DNA of 64,000 nucleotides from an uncultured virus (IMG/VR IMGVR_UViG_3300035670_000116) (IMGVR_UViG_3300035670_000116); one strand, 5' to 3'. Shown: positions 17,963 to 26,455, counted from the stretch's first letter. Program-made: numbers and translations. Notes: generated by a model from the letters alone, not told the origin.

Positions 17963-18325
17963 TTAGGCAGGTTGAGCGCTGGTGTCTACCACCTGCTCCA
18001 TCAATCCTGATTCTTTGAGACGATCCAGCATGCCGCACATGATGGTGGCATGGGCATGGGTCTGTTCCATGAACATCTTGGCTCGCTCTGCGGACATGGT
18101 ATGGACACGTCCACAGGGTTCCACATACTTCCAGCTGCCATCAGGCTGGGGATCACCCTGGAGGGCAAGACGCTCTGAGTTTCGAACGTACCGTAGTTCG
18201 AGGTTGTGATAGTCCTTAAGACCGTCAGCCGCTGTCCAGGTTGCTCCAATGTTGTACCTCTGATCTTCATCAGAGTAAGCGTGGAACTCAGGGATGAGAT
18301 GGCGGAATGCAGAAAGGAATTCCAT
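17963..18325 (-). CDS. hypothetical protein
   Basis: Start reassigned downstream of tRNA-Leu. Confidence 0.65.
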   Translation of the reverse strand: MEFLSAFRHLIPEFHAYSDEDQRYNIGATWTAADGLKDYHNLELRYVRNSERLALQGDPQPDGSWKYVEPCGRVHTMSAERAKMFMEQTHAHATIMCGMLDRLKESGLMEQVVDTSAQPA

Positions 18326-18348
18326 TGTTGTAATGAATTGAAGTGTGT

Positions 18349-18424
18349 TGGTACCCGAGGTGAGATTCGAACTCACGCTGGAGCGATTTTAAGTCGCTTG
18401 CCTCTTCCGCTGGGCTACTCGGGC
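18349..18424 (-). tRNA. trnL: tRNA-Leu(TAA) with short variable loop, CCA encoded
   Basis: GCCCGAG/CTCGGGT-ACCA, anticodon arm AGCGA-CTTAAAA-TCGCT, T-arm GTGAG-TTCGAAT-CTCAC. Confidence 0.9.
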
Positions 18425-18633
18425 TTACCTGGACTTACCTCAACATCAATTGATGCCGCGTGCCAGGTATGGTCATGGGGCAATGGCTCAGTGCCATACT
18501 CCCATGTGTCGTAGTCTTCTTCGTTGCGTGGATCTTCTTCGATCAACACATAATGTGGTGAGTTGTCGTGGATGAAATCTCCGATGTTTGCCATGGCCAT
18601 AGCAAGTAATTGATCATCGGTGTAATCAGTCAT
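18415..18633 (-). CDS. acidic hypothetical protein
   Basis: EDYDTWEYGTEPLPHD. Confidence 0.6.
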   Translation of the reverse strand: MTDYTDDQLLAMAMANIGDFIHDNSPHYVLIEEDPRNEEDYDTWEYGTEPLPHDHTWHAASIDVEVSPGKPE

Positions 18634-18688
18634 AGTTAAAGACCAGCCCTAGTATCGAGGCTAAGGCTGGTCAGCTTGGGCTCGGCCG

Positions 18689-20395
18689 TCAGGACTTTAG
18701 CGCAGAATCCCGTTGTTGCAACGCAATACGGAATGCTTGCGTGTACTCATCTTTGGTCTGATCCGAGAGCGCTGAGTTAGACAAGCCACGGATTTGTTCG
18801 ACGGACATCATTCCATTTGACACCTTGAGCTGGATGGTGAACTGAGGTTTGCCATCAATCATGCACAGCACAATGAAGTGCTGTTTCTTGCGTACGCCTT
18901 CTGCGTAGCCTGAGGCAGAGCCAACGCAATTGCGTACGGCCTGACCCCAGAGAGCAAGCTGATGGGTGTCATAGGGTTGGAAGAATGTCCAAGTCTGCTG
19001 GTCCTGCTGTACCTTGATAGGTTCAGGAAACAGATCTTGAGGCAAACCCTCGTTGGGATTAGTGATCTTCCAGGATTCTGCTTGAACATAATCGTGGAAG
19101 TCAGCAATGCGCCAACGCTTGGGAGGCTCAAGAGTTTCCTTGTTATCAAGGATGCGGCACAGCATAGATACGGTGTCATTCCAATCACTGAAGTGATGGA
19201 CATGGCAATTAAGATCAGAATTCCAGTTGTATCTGTTTTGAGATGCATCTTGGTTCTCATGAAACTTGGCAAGCATGCCAAAGAATGAACCAACAGGCAT
19301 ATGTTCACGCAGCCATGCAGCTGCTTTATCAGAACTGAAGTTCCTGAACCTGGTAGCCAGAAGCTCAAACATGTGTTTTTGGTAATAGTCCACAGGGCAA
19401 TCAGGCCAGATGCGTTGAACATGTAGGATGTTTTCGGCCAGCATCATGATGCGTCTGACACCACATTTAACTTCGCGTTGATACTTACATTCAGGATTGT
19501 TGTAAGCATTGATGGATGCTTGCAGTTCTACTTGCATCCATTTACGGAAGTGTGGAGTGTCAAGGATTGGCTTAGTTTTGTACAGATATCTCAGCTCATG
19601 AGTCCAGTTGATATAACTGAGGTTATCGTTTGCAGCTTTAGCAACAGCAAACAGATTATCGATTGTTAGTTCCCAGCCAGATTGCTGATTTTCTGGAATG
19701 TATTTGTGAGGTATCTCGACTGCTTTCCAGATTTCATCACATTGCATACGTGCAAAGATCTCACGAGAATCTTCCCAGGTGGGAATGGTTTCCTGCAGTG
19801 CTGCACGAAATTCTTCTACAGCTGGAGCAATGTCACGAGCTTTGTCGTAATAAGAAGCAAGATGGTTGGCACGCCATTTTTGACGTGTATATCCATCCTG
19901 TACATCCTCTTTAGTTACCAGCTTGGTGTACACATAAAATGTGCTGCGTCCTACTTGGACCGGCGTCGATTGATCAAGCTTGTCAATAATCGAGCGATCA
20001 ATAACTTTACGCGCAGCAGCCGTATCCTTAAACGCAGCTGCAAAACCATACACGTAATCTTCACCTTTCGGCGGAAGCCATGCTGCATACCAGCATTGCT
20101 CATAGTGATAAAGGATGGCTTTTGTAACGAGGCGAGCCTGCGGAGTTGCAACATCCACAGGCGTAGTAAATTTCTGGAAACGGTACCGAGCTGTATTCCC
20201 ATTGATGTTATCGATTGCATCTTGCTGTAACGATTCTCGTACAACTGAATGAGGAATCAAATGGGGGATGTTACCCAGCGGGTACTTAGATTTCTTGGTG
20301 GGTTTGTTTTCACGTTGTTGGCGAGCCAGTGCTTTGAGCTGGGGGTCATACGCCAACAGTTCAGTTTGTAGGTTCGAGGGAAGTTGGAATTGCAT
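18689..20395 (-). CDS. PcfJ-like domain protein, 568 aa
   Basis: DFHDYV...LALWGQAVRNCVGS..Y...FTIQL...EQIRGLSN. Confidence 0.75.
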   Translation of the reverse strand: MQFQLPSNLQTELLAYDPQLKALARQQRENKPTKKSKYPLGNIPHLIPHSVVRESLQQDAIDNINGNTARYRFQKFTTPVDVATPQARLVTKAILYHYEQCWYAAWLPPKGEDYVYGFAAAFKDTAAARKVIDRSIIDKLDQSTPVQVGRSTFYVYTKLVTKEDVQDGYTRQKWRANHLASYYDKARDIAPAVEEFRAALQETIPTWEDSREIFARMQCDEIWKAVEIPHKYIPENQQSGWELTIDNLFAVAKAANDNLSYINWTHELRYLYKTKPILDTPHFRKWMQVELQASINAYNNPECKYQREVKCGVRRIMMLAENILHVQRIWPDCPVDYYQKHMFELLATRFRNFSSDKAAAWLREHMPVGSFFGMLAKFHENQDASQNRYNWNSDLNCHVHHFSDWNDTVSMLCRILDNKETLEPPKRWRIADFHDYVQAESWKITNPNEGLPQDLFPEPIKVQQDQQTWTFFQPYDTHQLALWGQAVRNCVGSASGYAEGVRKKQHFIVLCMIDGKPQFTIQLKVSNGMMSVEQIRGLSNSALSDQTKDEYTQAFRIALQQRDSALKS

Positions 20396-20425
20396 GGTGA
20401 GTTCGGAGTTGAGTTCGTAGTAAGT

Positions 20426-20452
20426 GAGCAGTTTAGTGTCATGCTCAGGACA
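20426..20452 (-). promoter_or_regulatory. repeated leader pseudoknot, copy 4
   Basis: TGTC-CTGAGCAT-GACA-CTAAA-CTGCTC. Confidence 0.7.
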
Positions 20453-20457
20453 GTTGG

Positions 20458-20691
20458 TTAGCGAATAGATTTCAACTGATCAAGAAGTTCTTCATCAGTT
20501 TCATCTTCATCCCACTCATCTGCAAGGATTGCAGAATGAGAATCATCGATTGCCTGATCAAACGCATATGCTTGAGCAGGTGATATAAACACTGGTAGAT
20601 GTTTAGCAAACCCAATGCAAAGATAAACTCTGCCCTTGGGTCCACGAACAACGATGTACCAACGTTTGAATTCAATTGAGAAACCAATCAT
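20458..20691 (-). CDS. hypothetical early protein
   Basis: Tiles with 4-nt overlap. Confidence 0.55.
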   Translation of the reverse strand: MIGFSIEFKRWYIVVRGPKGRVYLCIGFAKHLPVFISPAQAYAFDQAIDDSHSAILADEWDEDETDEELLDQLKSIR

Positions 20692-20948
20692 GGATCTAAA
20701 TCCCAGTCGGATGTGTCGACCAGTTGCCAGTCAAGGTCGAGTGAATCAAGATAGCTACAGAAGCCATCTTCATCAACAGGGACTTGTTCATCGTCAGCCA
20801 GTTGGAAACAAGCTGTACACAATGCTGGAGCCCATTCTTCAGGTTCGAAACGTGTCGCCCGATATAACAGGCGCATGTCTTCAACCACTGCTGTAACTGT
20901 GACATTGGTTCCATCAATTGAGGTGTCTTCAATAGCTAGTACGGACAT
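20688..20948 (-). CDS. acidic hypothetical early protein
   Basis: VTAVVEDM...ATRFEPEEWAPALC. Confidence 0.65.
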   Translation of the reverse strand: MSVLAIEDTSIDGTNVTVTAVVEDMRLLYRATRFEPEEWAPALCTACFQLADDEQVPVDEDGFCSYLDSLDLDWQLVDTSDWDLDP

Positions 20949-21148
20949 TAGAAATCCTCCACGTAGCTGTAATCAGGAGTAATTGAACACCGATACTTGA
21001 TCCAATGACGGGCAGTGGTGTATTCACCATAGAACCGATCATTGTCAAGTACGTTTGCAATAGCACGTTCTCTTGCGCAGTTAGCAAGATTAATACGATC
21101 AAAGATTGTGAGACAGTCAGAAGTTGCGGCCATTGAATTAAATTGCAA
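20948..21148 (-). CDS. hypothetical early protein (start may be 21133)
   Basis: Coupled to downstream gene; follows pseudoknot copy 5. Confidence 0.55.
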   Translation of the reverse strand: MQFNSMAATSDCLTIFDRINLANCARERAIANVLDNDRFYGEYTTARHWIKYRCSITPDYSYVEDF

Positions 21149-21156
21149 TGTGATGT

Positions 21157-21183
21157 GAGCAGTTTAACGTCATACTCAGGACG
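21157..21183 (-). promoter_or_regulatory. repeated leader pseudoknot, copy 5
   Basis: CGTC-CTGAGTAT-GACG-TTAAA-CTGCTC. Confidence 0.7.
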
Positions 21184-21188
21184 GATCT

Positions 21189-21389
21189 TCACAGAATCTT
21201 AATATTTCGCTTACTTAATCCTGTACCAGGAATTGATACAGATCCATGCACACCTGATTGGCGTGCGTTGAAAGTCAGTTGGAATGGTCCAAGCTGAAAC
21301 GATTTGGTGTAACTTTTGACGCCGTGTTCAGTGATGTTGAAACCGGCAATGGTTTTGTCGAAGTTAAACGATGATTTCTTCTGAGTCAT
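21189..21389 (-). CDS. DUF4236-like small basic protein
   Basis: KSFQLGPFQLTFN...SVSIPGTGLS. Confidence 0.65.
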   Translation of the reverse strand: MTQKKSSFNFDKTIAGFNITEHGVKSYTKSFQLGPFQLTFNARQSGVHGSVSIPGTGLSKRNIKIL

Positions 21390-21655
21390 GATTCTTCAAG
21401 AGCATCACGAATAAATTGAAGTTGAGATTTACTCATTAACCTGGCAAAATCATTGCGAGCTTCTATAAAAGATAAAAGCTCTAATGCACGTTCTTTGGTT
21501 GATTTAGGTCTTCGATATTCTTTAAGCCTGCGAACTAAACCTTCACGTTGAAACTTTGTTCCACAAGATTTATCTCGAAGAATAAAATTACAACATTCAG
21601 TTAGTTCTTCAAGTCGAATATCGTCAATGAGTTTGTCAATGCTTGATTGAGTCAT
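21386..21655 (-). CDS. hypothetical protein, AT-rich
   Basis: Intact ORF with AT-rich codons. Confidence 0.55.
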   Translation of the reverse strand: MTQSSIDKLIDDIRLEELTECCNFILRDKSCGTKFQREGLVRRLKEYRRPKSTKERALELLSFIEARNDFARLMSKSQLQFIRDALEES

Positions 21656-21722
21656 CAGTCAAGGATCTTGAGTGTGATTAAAGTAAAACAAATCATTGCA
21701 ACAACAATGATTAATGCTTCAG

Positions 21723-21974
21723 TCATTTGAGTTCATCCGGTAGTAAAGCTTGGGTATCTTCTTCGTTCATGTTGGTCATGACGAAGGCTTCTCCATCAGG
21801 TGAAATAAATCCACCTACGAAACCCATACCGTACTTATCTGCAGACTCACGCATCTTGGCAGTGAGCTGCATGAAGGCAAGCTTTTGGGAATCAACTGAG
21901 TTGGGAATGGATGGTTTGTTGGTTGACATGAGTTGAGATGAGGGAAGGTGAGTGGAGTCTACCAGGCATGTCAA
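21723..21974 (-). CDS. hypothetical early protein
   Basis: GMGFVGGFISPDGE. Confidence 0.6.
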   Translation of the reverse strand: MTCLVDSTHLPSSQLMSTNKPSIPNSVDSQKLAFMQLTAKMRESADKYGMGFVGGFISPDGEAFVMTNMNEEDTQALLPDELK

Positions 21975-22088
21975 GGCATGACTACTGGTAGATGAATGAG
22001 TACTCTTTATCTAATAATAGGTTTCCTCCTGGTACTCCCTTGCGGGGGTCTGGGGGGAAACCTGGGTCAGATACCAGCCAAGCTCGGA

Positions 22089-22373
22089 TCACCTGTGCAT
22101 CTCTTGATGTTGTTTCCATGCAGCAGTATGCATTTCATCAAGAGTGATAGGAGGTTCCTCAGGTTCATTAGGAGTAGGGTCATAATCGATACGCTCTTCA
22201 AGCATGGCGATTACTTCTTCAACAACACTGTCATCACCTGGAACCAGATGCTGACAAGTACATGAACGCTTGGCTTCTCTTTCAAGGACAGCCTTGAGTA
22301 GGTCCACAGCTTCTTGCAGTTTGTGGTATTCGTTTGATTTCCAGTCGATCTCTGGATACTTGGAGTAAGGCAT
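22089..22373 (-). CDS. hypothetical early protein
   Basis: IDYDPTP..EPPITLDEMH motif; TCAA-rich leader. Confidence 0.65.
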   Translation of the reverse strand: MPYSKYPEIDWKSNEYHKLQEAVDLLKAVLEREAKRSCTCQHLVPGDDSVVEEVIAMLEERIDYDPTPNEPEEPPITLDEMHTAAWKQHQEMHR

Positions 22374-22448
22374 AAGTTGAATTGGGGTTGAGTGATAAGC
22401 AGAGCCCTGTATTTATCAGGGAATCCGCTACGGATATATAAGCTGAGC

Positions 22449-22700
22449 TTATGTGTTGGTTGGTTCTTTGATGATCCAACCTGTGTAGTGATTGGTGCTT
22501 CGATCAACAGATACCAACTTGTACTGTTCAAGCTTTTCCAGTGCGTTGAGGTATTGCTCAAGCCTGGTAGCTTGCATGTTAATTCTTGGCACGAAACATG
22601 GATTGTGGCCATGCTTCCTGCGGTGTGCCAAGTAATAGTTGTACAAGTTACGTTGGTTGATCGTTAGCGCTGGCATTTGATTCTGCAACTGCGTTGACAT
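22449..22700 (-). CDS. hypothetical protein, possible winged helix
   Basis: LTINQRNLY...YLNALEKLEQYKLV. Confidence 0.55.
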   Translation of the reverse strand: MSTQLQNQMPALTINQRNLYNYYLAHRRKHGHNPCFVPRINMQATRLEQYLNALEKLEQYKLVSVDRSTNHYTGWIIKEPTNT

Positions 22701-23036
22701 TTACATCAAGCCGAGAATCCTAAGCCAGCTGTCGGGATGGTCTGGTTCAACTTCGTCTTCACCTGGCGTGAAGCAGATGCTGTCGAACGACCACTCCTCG
22801 ATTTCCTCGTTGGTTGGGATGTCGTACCAGCCTTCGAGTTCCTTGTCTTCGCAGACGGGCTTCCAGTAGCAGCGCAGGACACCACGCTTGTTTCTGTAGA
22901 CAGAACCTGTGGTTGGGGCTCCAGATTTCTCTGGGTCCCAGTTGATATCTGCTTGGAACTGCTCCTGGCCTTCTTCTTCGGAGAAGGGGATGTAGCCAAA
23001 GGTGCCTGCGATTTCTTCTGTGATGGGGTGAAGCAT
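22701..23036 (-). CDS. hypothetical early protein
   Basis: EVEPDHPDSWLRILGLM terminus. Confidence 0.65.
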   Translation of the reverse strand: MLHPITEEIAGTFGYIPFSEEEGQEQFQADINWDPEKSGAPTTGSVYRNKRGVLRCYWKPVCEDKELEGWYDIPTNEEIEEWSFDSICFTPGEDEVEPDHPDSWLRILGLM

Positions 23037-23300
23037 GAGATGAACTCCGTGATGAGGATTGAAATGATTGCGAGGATAACAATGATGATGTCTGGTTCTT
23101 GATTAGCTTTCGTCATCGTATTCCTCAGCATTGATTACTTGGAATCCAATGAACGCACCATCACGTTCGATGAGCGTCCATTCGGATTGATTTGATTCAC
23201 GCATGGCTTGCTCTTGTTCATAGGCCATGTCAGCCATGGCATCTAGCAAGTCAGCGTTGTAGTTGTTGTCCATGGTTTGAATTGAATTGATAAAAGGAAT

Positions 23301-23327
23301 GAGCAGTTTAACGTCATACTCAGGACG
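23301..23327 (-). promoter_or_regulatory. repeated leader pseudoknot, copy 6
   Basis: Identical to copy 5. Confidence 0.7.
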
Positions 23328-23366
23328 TGGGTGATACCACCCCAGATTTGAGTAGTGCCAGATAGA

Positions 23367-23792
23367 TTACTTCACATCCTTCCAAGCAAGCCCACGGGCA
23401 ATGTTGGAGATAGTGCATCCACTGACACCAAACTTACGTCCGATGACGTTGTAGAAATTCGTAACCGAACCACAGGACCTGCGCATGTCACCATCAGAAA
23501 GAATCATGCGAATCTCTTTGACAGATTGCGCATTCAACTTGGATGGGCCATCCCAAGTCCTGAAGTTACGCTTGGGCTTTCTCTTGATCGCTTCCAGTGA
23601 ATAACCTGGTCCTTTAACAGCCATTAGCTGTGGTGCTGGCTGTTGGTCCGGGGCTGGGGGGACAGCCTTGATAGGAAAGCCAAGTGTCACTGAAGTACCG
23701 TCTTTGAGAACGGAGATGGTGACACGGCTATCCCTGGTAATCACTGAGATGTGATCTGGGTTCTTGATGTCGAGTTGACTGAGGGCTTCCAT
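23367..23792 (-). CDS. HTH DNA-binding protein
   Basis: SKLNAQSVKEIR...IGRKFGVSGCTISNIARGLAWK, like the HTH tail of phage HNH proteins. Confidence 0.7.
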   Translation of the reverse strand: MEALSQLDIKNPDHISVITRDSRVTISVLKDGTSVTLGFPIKAVPPAPDQQPAPQLMAVKGPGYSLEAIKRKPKRNFRTWDGPSKLNAQSVKEIRMILSDGDMRRSCGSVTNFYNVIGRKFGVSGCTISNIARGLAWKDVK

Positions 23793-23888
23793 GAGGTGAG
23801 TTGGTAAGCAAATAGAGGGTAGCTAGTCCCTGCAGAAGTGCAAGTACTAGCTGTGGTGTGCGTACTGCCTGTGCCACTGCAGCTGGTG

Positions 23889-24236
23889 CTACCGAAGGTA
23901 AAGGTAGGAACCAGCCCAGTCAGCATTCTTGATGCAAGTCTCAAATGAGACATCGTCAAGAAGGTTGTAACGCGCATGTTTAGCCGGAGCCTTCCAGCTT
24001 GCAGGCTTGAAGACAGCACCTGATTGCTTGCTGATGAATGCGTGGACAGAGGTACCGGAATCACGCTGAACAATCTTGTAATACTTGGTACCAGGCAAGA
24101 TGTCGAACGTGATATCCCGTGGACTTGCGTACTGGTAATCTTTGGTGTACGCAGCGTAGTTGTCCACCAGTGCATTGATCAGCCTGTCGATGCGAGCAAG
24201 GAGGATCTCCTGGTGCTCGCGAAGGTTAGTTGTCAT
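23889..24236 (-). CDS. conserved phage early protein
   Basis: KYYKI..SVHAFI..GAVFKPASWKAPAKHARYNL...WAGSYLY. Confidence 0.75.
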   Translation of the reverse strand: MTTNLREHQEILLARIDRLINALVDNYAAYTKDYQYASPRDITFDILPGTKYYKIVQRDSGTSVHAFISKQSGAVFKPASWKAPAKHARYNLLDDVSFETCIKNADWAGSYLYLR

Positions 24237-24421
24237 TTGGTCTGTTGGATTGTGTTGGGTTGGATGTTGGTGATGTCGACGCCCATCGCTGCACCAACGG
24301 TGATTGCACCCATGCCAATGCACAGGATTGCAACCAAGAAGTTAGCTACGGGCGTCTCACCTGTCTCATATGAGTCCAGATGTATGTACTTGTTGATGCC
24401 AAGTTTCACGATCTGTTTCAT
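24233..24421 (-). CDS. small membrane protein
   Basis: TM FLVAILCIGMGAITVGAAMGV. Confidence 0.55.
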   Translation of the reverse strand: MKQIVKLGINKYIHLDSYETGETPVANFLVAILCIGMGAITVGAAMGVDITNIQPNTIQQTK

Positions 24422-24448
24422 GGTTGAGCTGAGGGTAAATGGAATAAA

Positions 24449-24555
24449 AAAATACGAACACGTCCGGATCAATATGTTAAATAAACAATTAAAATACGAA
24501 CACGTCCGTTAAAGATACGAACGTGTCCGTAAATGTCCGTACGTTGTCCGTACGT
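24449..24555. repeat. iteron-like direct repeats in AT-rich intergenic DNA
   Basis: AAAATACGAACACGTCCG x2, ATACGAACGTGTCCG, TGTCCGTACGT x2. Confidence 0.7.
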
Positions 24556-24983
24556 CAGAAGGGAATCTCCTCCAGGGTAGGCTGAGCAGCGCCTGTGGTC
24601 TCAGTCTTGGGTGCAGGCTTACGACCAAACTCGTAATCCTTCACGATCAACTGGACCTCAGGACGCTTGAGCACCTGGAGATTACCGTCGTCATCCATGT
24701 ACGTGGTACGGATGCCGTTGAGTCGGCCATAGACCCGCAACTCTTGACCGACAACGAAATTGCCGTTGGAGTATGCGGTGTTGAGGCCGTTGTTGTTGGT
24801 GAAAGTGAGCGTGATGCTGAGCATGGAGTTCACGTTGTGAATCATCTTCACACCGATGAACTGGCTGTTGTCCTCTTCGTTGGTGAATTGCTTGATGAAA
24901 GCAATCCGACCTTGGAACTGGACTTGAGCCGAGTCAGCATACTGCTTAAGATCAGCAGTGTCAGCAACAGGTGTAGTAGCCAT
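24555..24983 (-). CDS. second, divergent SSB-like OB-fold protein
   Basis: QVQFQGRI...VGQELRVYGRL; tail EEIPF. Confidence 0.6.
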   Translation of the reverse strand: MATTPVADTADLKQYADSAQVQFQGRIAFIKQFTNEEDNSQFIGVKMIHNVNSMLSITLTFTNNNGLNTAYSNGNFVVGQELRVYGRLNGIRTTYMDDDGNLQVLKRPEVQLIVKDYEFGRKPAPKTETTGAAQPTLEEIPF

Positions 24984-24987
24984 GAGA

Positions 24988-25072
24988 TTGAGTTGAATTG
25001 AATTAAAGTACAGGATGTAGAGTCCTGCAGTAAACCCACTCACCCTATGGATGAGAAGGGTTAAATGCAGAA
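24988..25072 (-). repeat. leader module copy A: long hairpin plus 49-nt repeat
   Basis: 24988-25036 matches 25330-25378 with one mismatch; hairpin 25023-25072. Confidence 0.75.
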
Positions 25073-25073
25073 A

Positions 25074-25316
25074 TCAATCCATCATGTGTTCTTGTTCCCA
25101 TTTGAGAAGAGCACGGTTGAGATCAACCTTCTTCTCGAGAACAACACAGAATGGAATTAAATCCTGGAACTGAACCATCCCGTCTTGCCATTGGTAAAAG
25201 ATTTCAAGCGCTCGTTGCCTTGCGCTTTCGATCTCTTGATCAATAACAGGTGCATCTCGACGAGCGAGAAGCCGGGCGTCTTGGATCAGAAGACGTTCAA
25301 CACTTGCAGGAGACAT
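25074..25316 (-). CDS. hypothetical early protein
   Basis: Start reassigned downstream of leader module B. Confidence 0.6.
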   Translation of the reverse strand: MSPASVERLLIQDARLLARRDAPVIDQEIESARQRALEIFYQWQDGMVQFQDLIPFCVVLEKKVDLNRALLKWEQEHMMD

Positions 25317-25329
25317 AGTCCTAGTTGGG

Positions 25330-25439
25330 TTGAGTTGAATTGAATTGAAGTACAGGATGTAGAGTCCTGCAGTAAACCTACCGTCGATACGAATTCGTAT
25401 CAATACGAATCCATACCAACGGAAAGGTTAAGTGCAGAA
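25330..25439 (-). repeat. leader module copy B: long hairpin plus 49-nt repeat
   Basis: Hairpin 25365-25439 with about 20 contiguous pairs including G-U. Confidence 0.75.
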
Positions 25440-25444
25440 GTCAA

Positions 25445-25648
25445 CTACCTTAGCTCTGCAGTTTTGATGCAATAGTACTGATCACCAAGGAACCCTTGGA
25501 CGTAGATCAGATTGTGGTGTGGCCTGTCATTGCATGTCCGCTGGTAATGAGTGTTCAGCATCTTCTGCCCGAATACGGACAGCAGCATGCCGATACCAGT
25601 GCCCATAACAATGGCCACAACTGAATGAGCAAAGTAACGGTCAGTCAT
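25445..25648 (-). CDS. small membrane-anchored protein
   Basis: TM then C...FLGDQYYCI. Confidence 0.6.
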   Translation of the reverse strand: MTDRYFAHSVVAIVMGTGIGMLLSVFGQKMLNTHYQRTCNDRPHHNLIYVQGFLGDQYYCIKTAELR

Positions 25649-25877
25649 GGTAATCAGGAAGTTCAATGTGATCGCAGCTGTAGCAGTATGAATAGAACTC
25701 TCTCATCTCTGAGTACAGTTCTTTCACACCACTGGGGATACCGTGGCCGAGAGTACGTGTCTCGATGTCGATCCACTTCTCTGTGATGCCACGGTGCTGG
25801 AAGTGAAGCTGATCTGATGTGCCGCCGTACCACACAATGCGGGTACGGTCGTCGCACTCTGGTTGATAGGTCAGCAT
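25641..25877 (-). CDS. hypothetical early protein
   Basis: Tiles in early operon. Confidence 0.55.
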   Translation of the reverse strand: MLTYQPECDDRTRIVWYGGTSDQLHFQHRGITEKWIDIETRTLGHGIPSGVKELYSEMREFYSYCYSCDHIELPDYHD

Positions 25878-25887
25878 TCTTGGGACC

Positions 25888-26043
25888 TCACTGTTGTACA
25901 GGATGAATGGTAGGCATGATTGCGTTGGCCAGCTTGATGCGACCAACAGTGATCATGGCCTTGATGTTCTCCTTGCTCTTGTCATTCTCCAACGCCTTGG
26001 CGGCGTTGATGAATTGATTTGCAATTGACTTACGGATTGACAT
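25888..26043 (-). CDS. first ORF of the leftward early array
   Basis: MSIRKSIANQF...IKLANAIMP. Confidence 0.55.
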   Translation of the reverse strand: MSIRKSIANQFINAAKALENDKSKENIKAMITVGRIKLANAIMPTIHPVQQ

Positions 26044-26455
26044 GATGAAGTTCGTGTGAAGGTTGACAAGCGAGATGAATCTCACTCAATTAAATCCACT
26101 GTTTGGCTCTTGACAGATTCCAAGCTAATGCTTTGATACGCATTACTTGGTCACTGTTCTATACCGCAGCTCCTCGGCGCGGGGGCGAAACCTAATTTCA
26201 GGCGCGATAAGAGTTCGTATCACGGCTAAATTTAGGGTAGAAATGTGTGGATTCAGTAACATTTCAGTCAAACAAAAATGAATGGCCCCGCCCTTCTTTT
26301 TTTTCTACCCATATCGCAAGTCGCGTGGCGGGTGGGAGAACAGTCAGGTAATTTTGTACCCTATTAGGCCTGTATAGGAGGCCCCCTTTGCACAAAAATA
26401 GGTTTTGTTGCGCAATTTTGTAATTATTTTCCCTAATTAGCCCAAAAATTTGCAC

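Noticed and set aside
8154..23327. CRISPR array or phage promoter reading of the 27-nt repeats
   Set aside because: Copies are dispersed by 0.7-8 kb with no regular spacers or cas genes; variation preserves pairing rather than sequence
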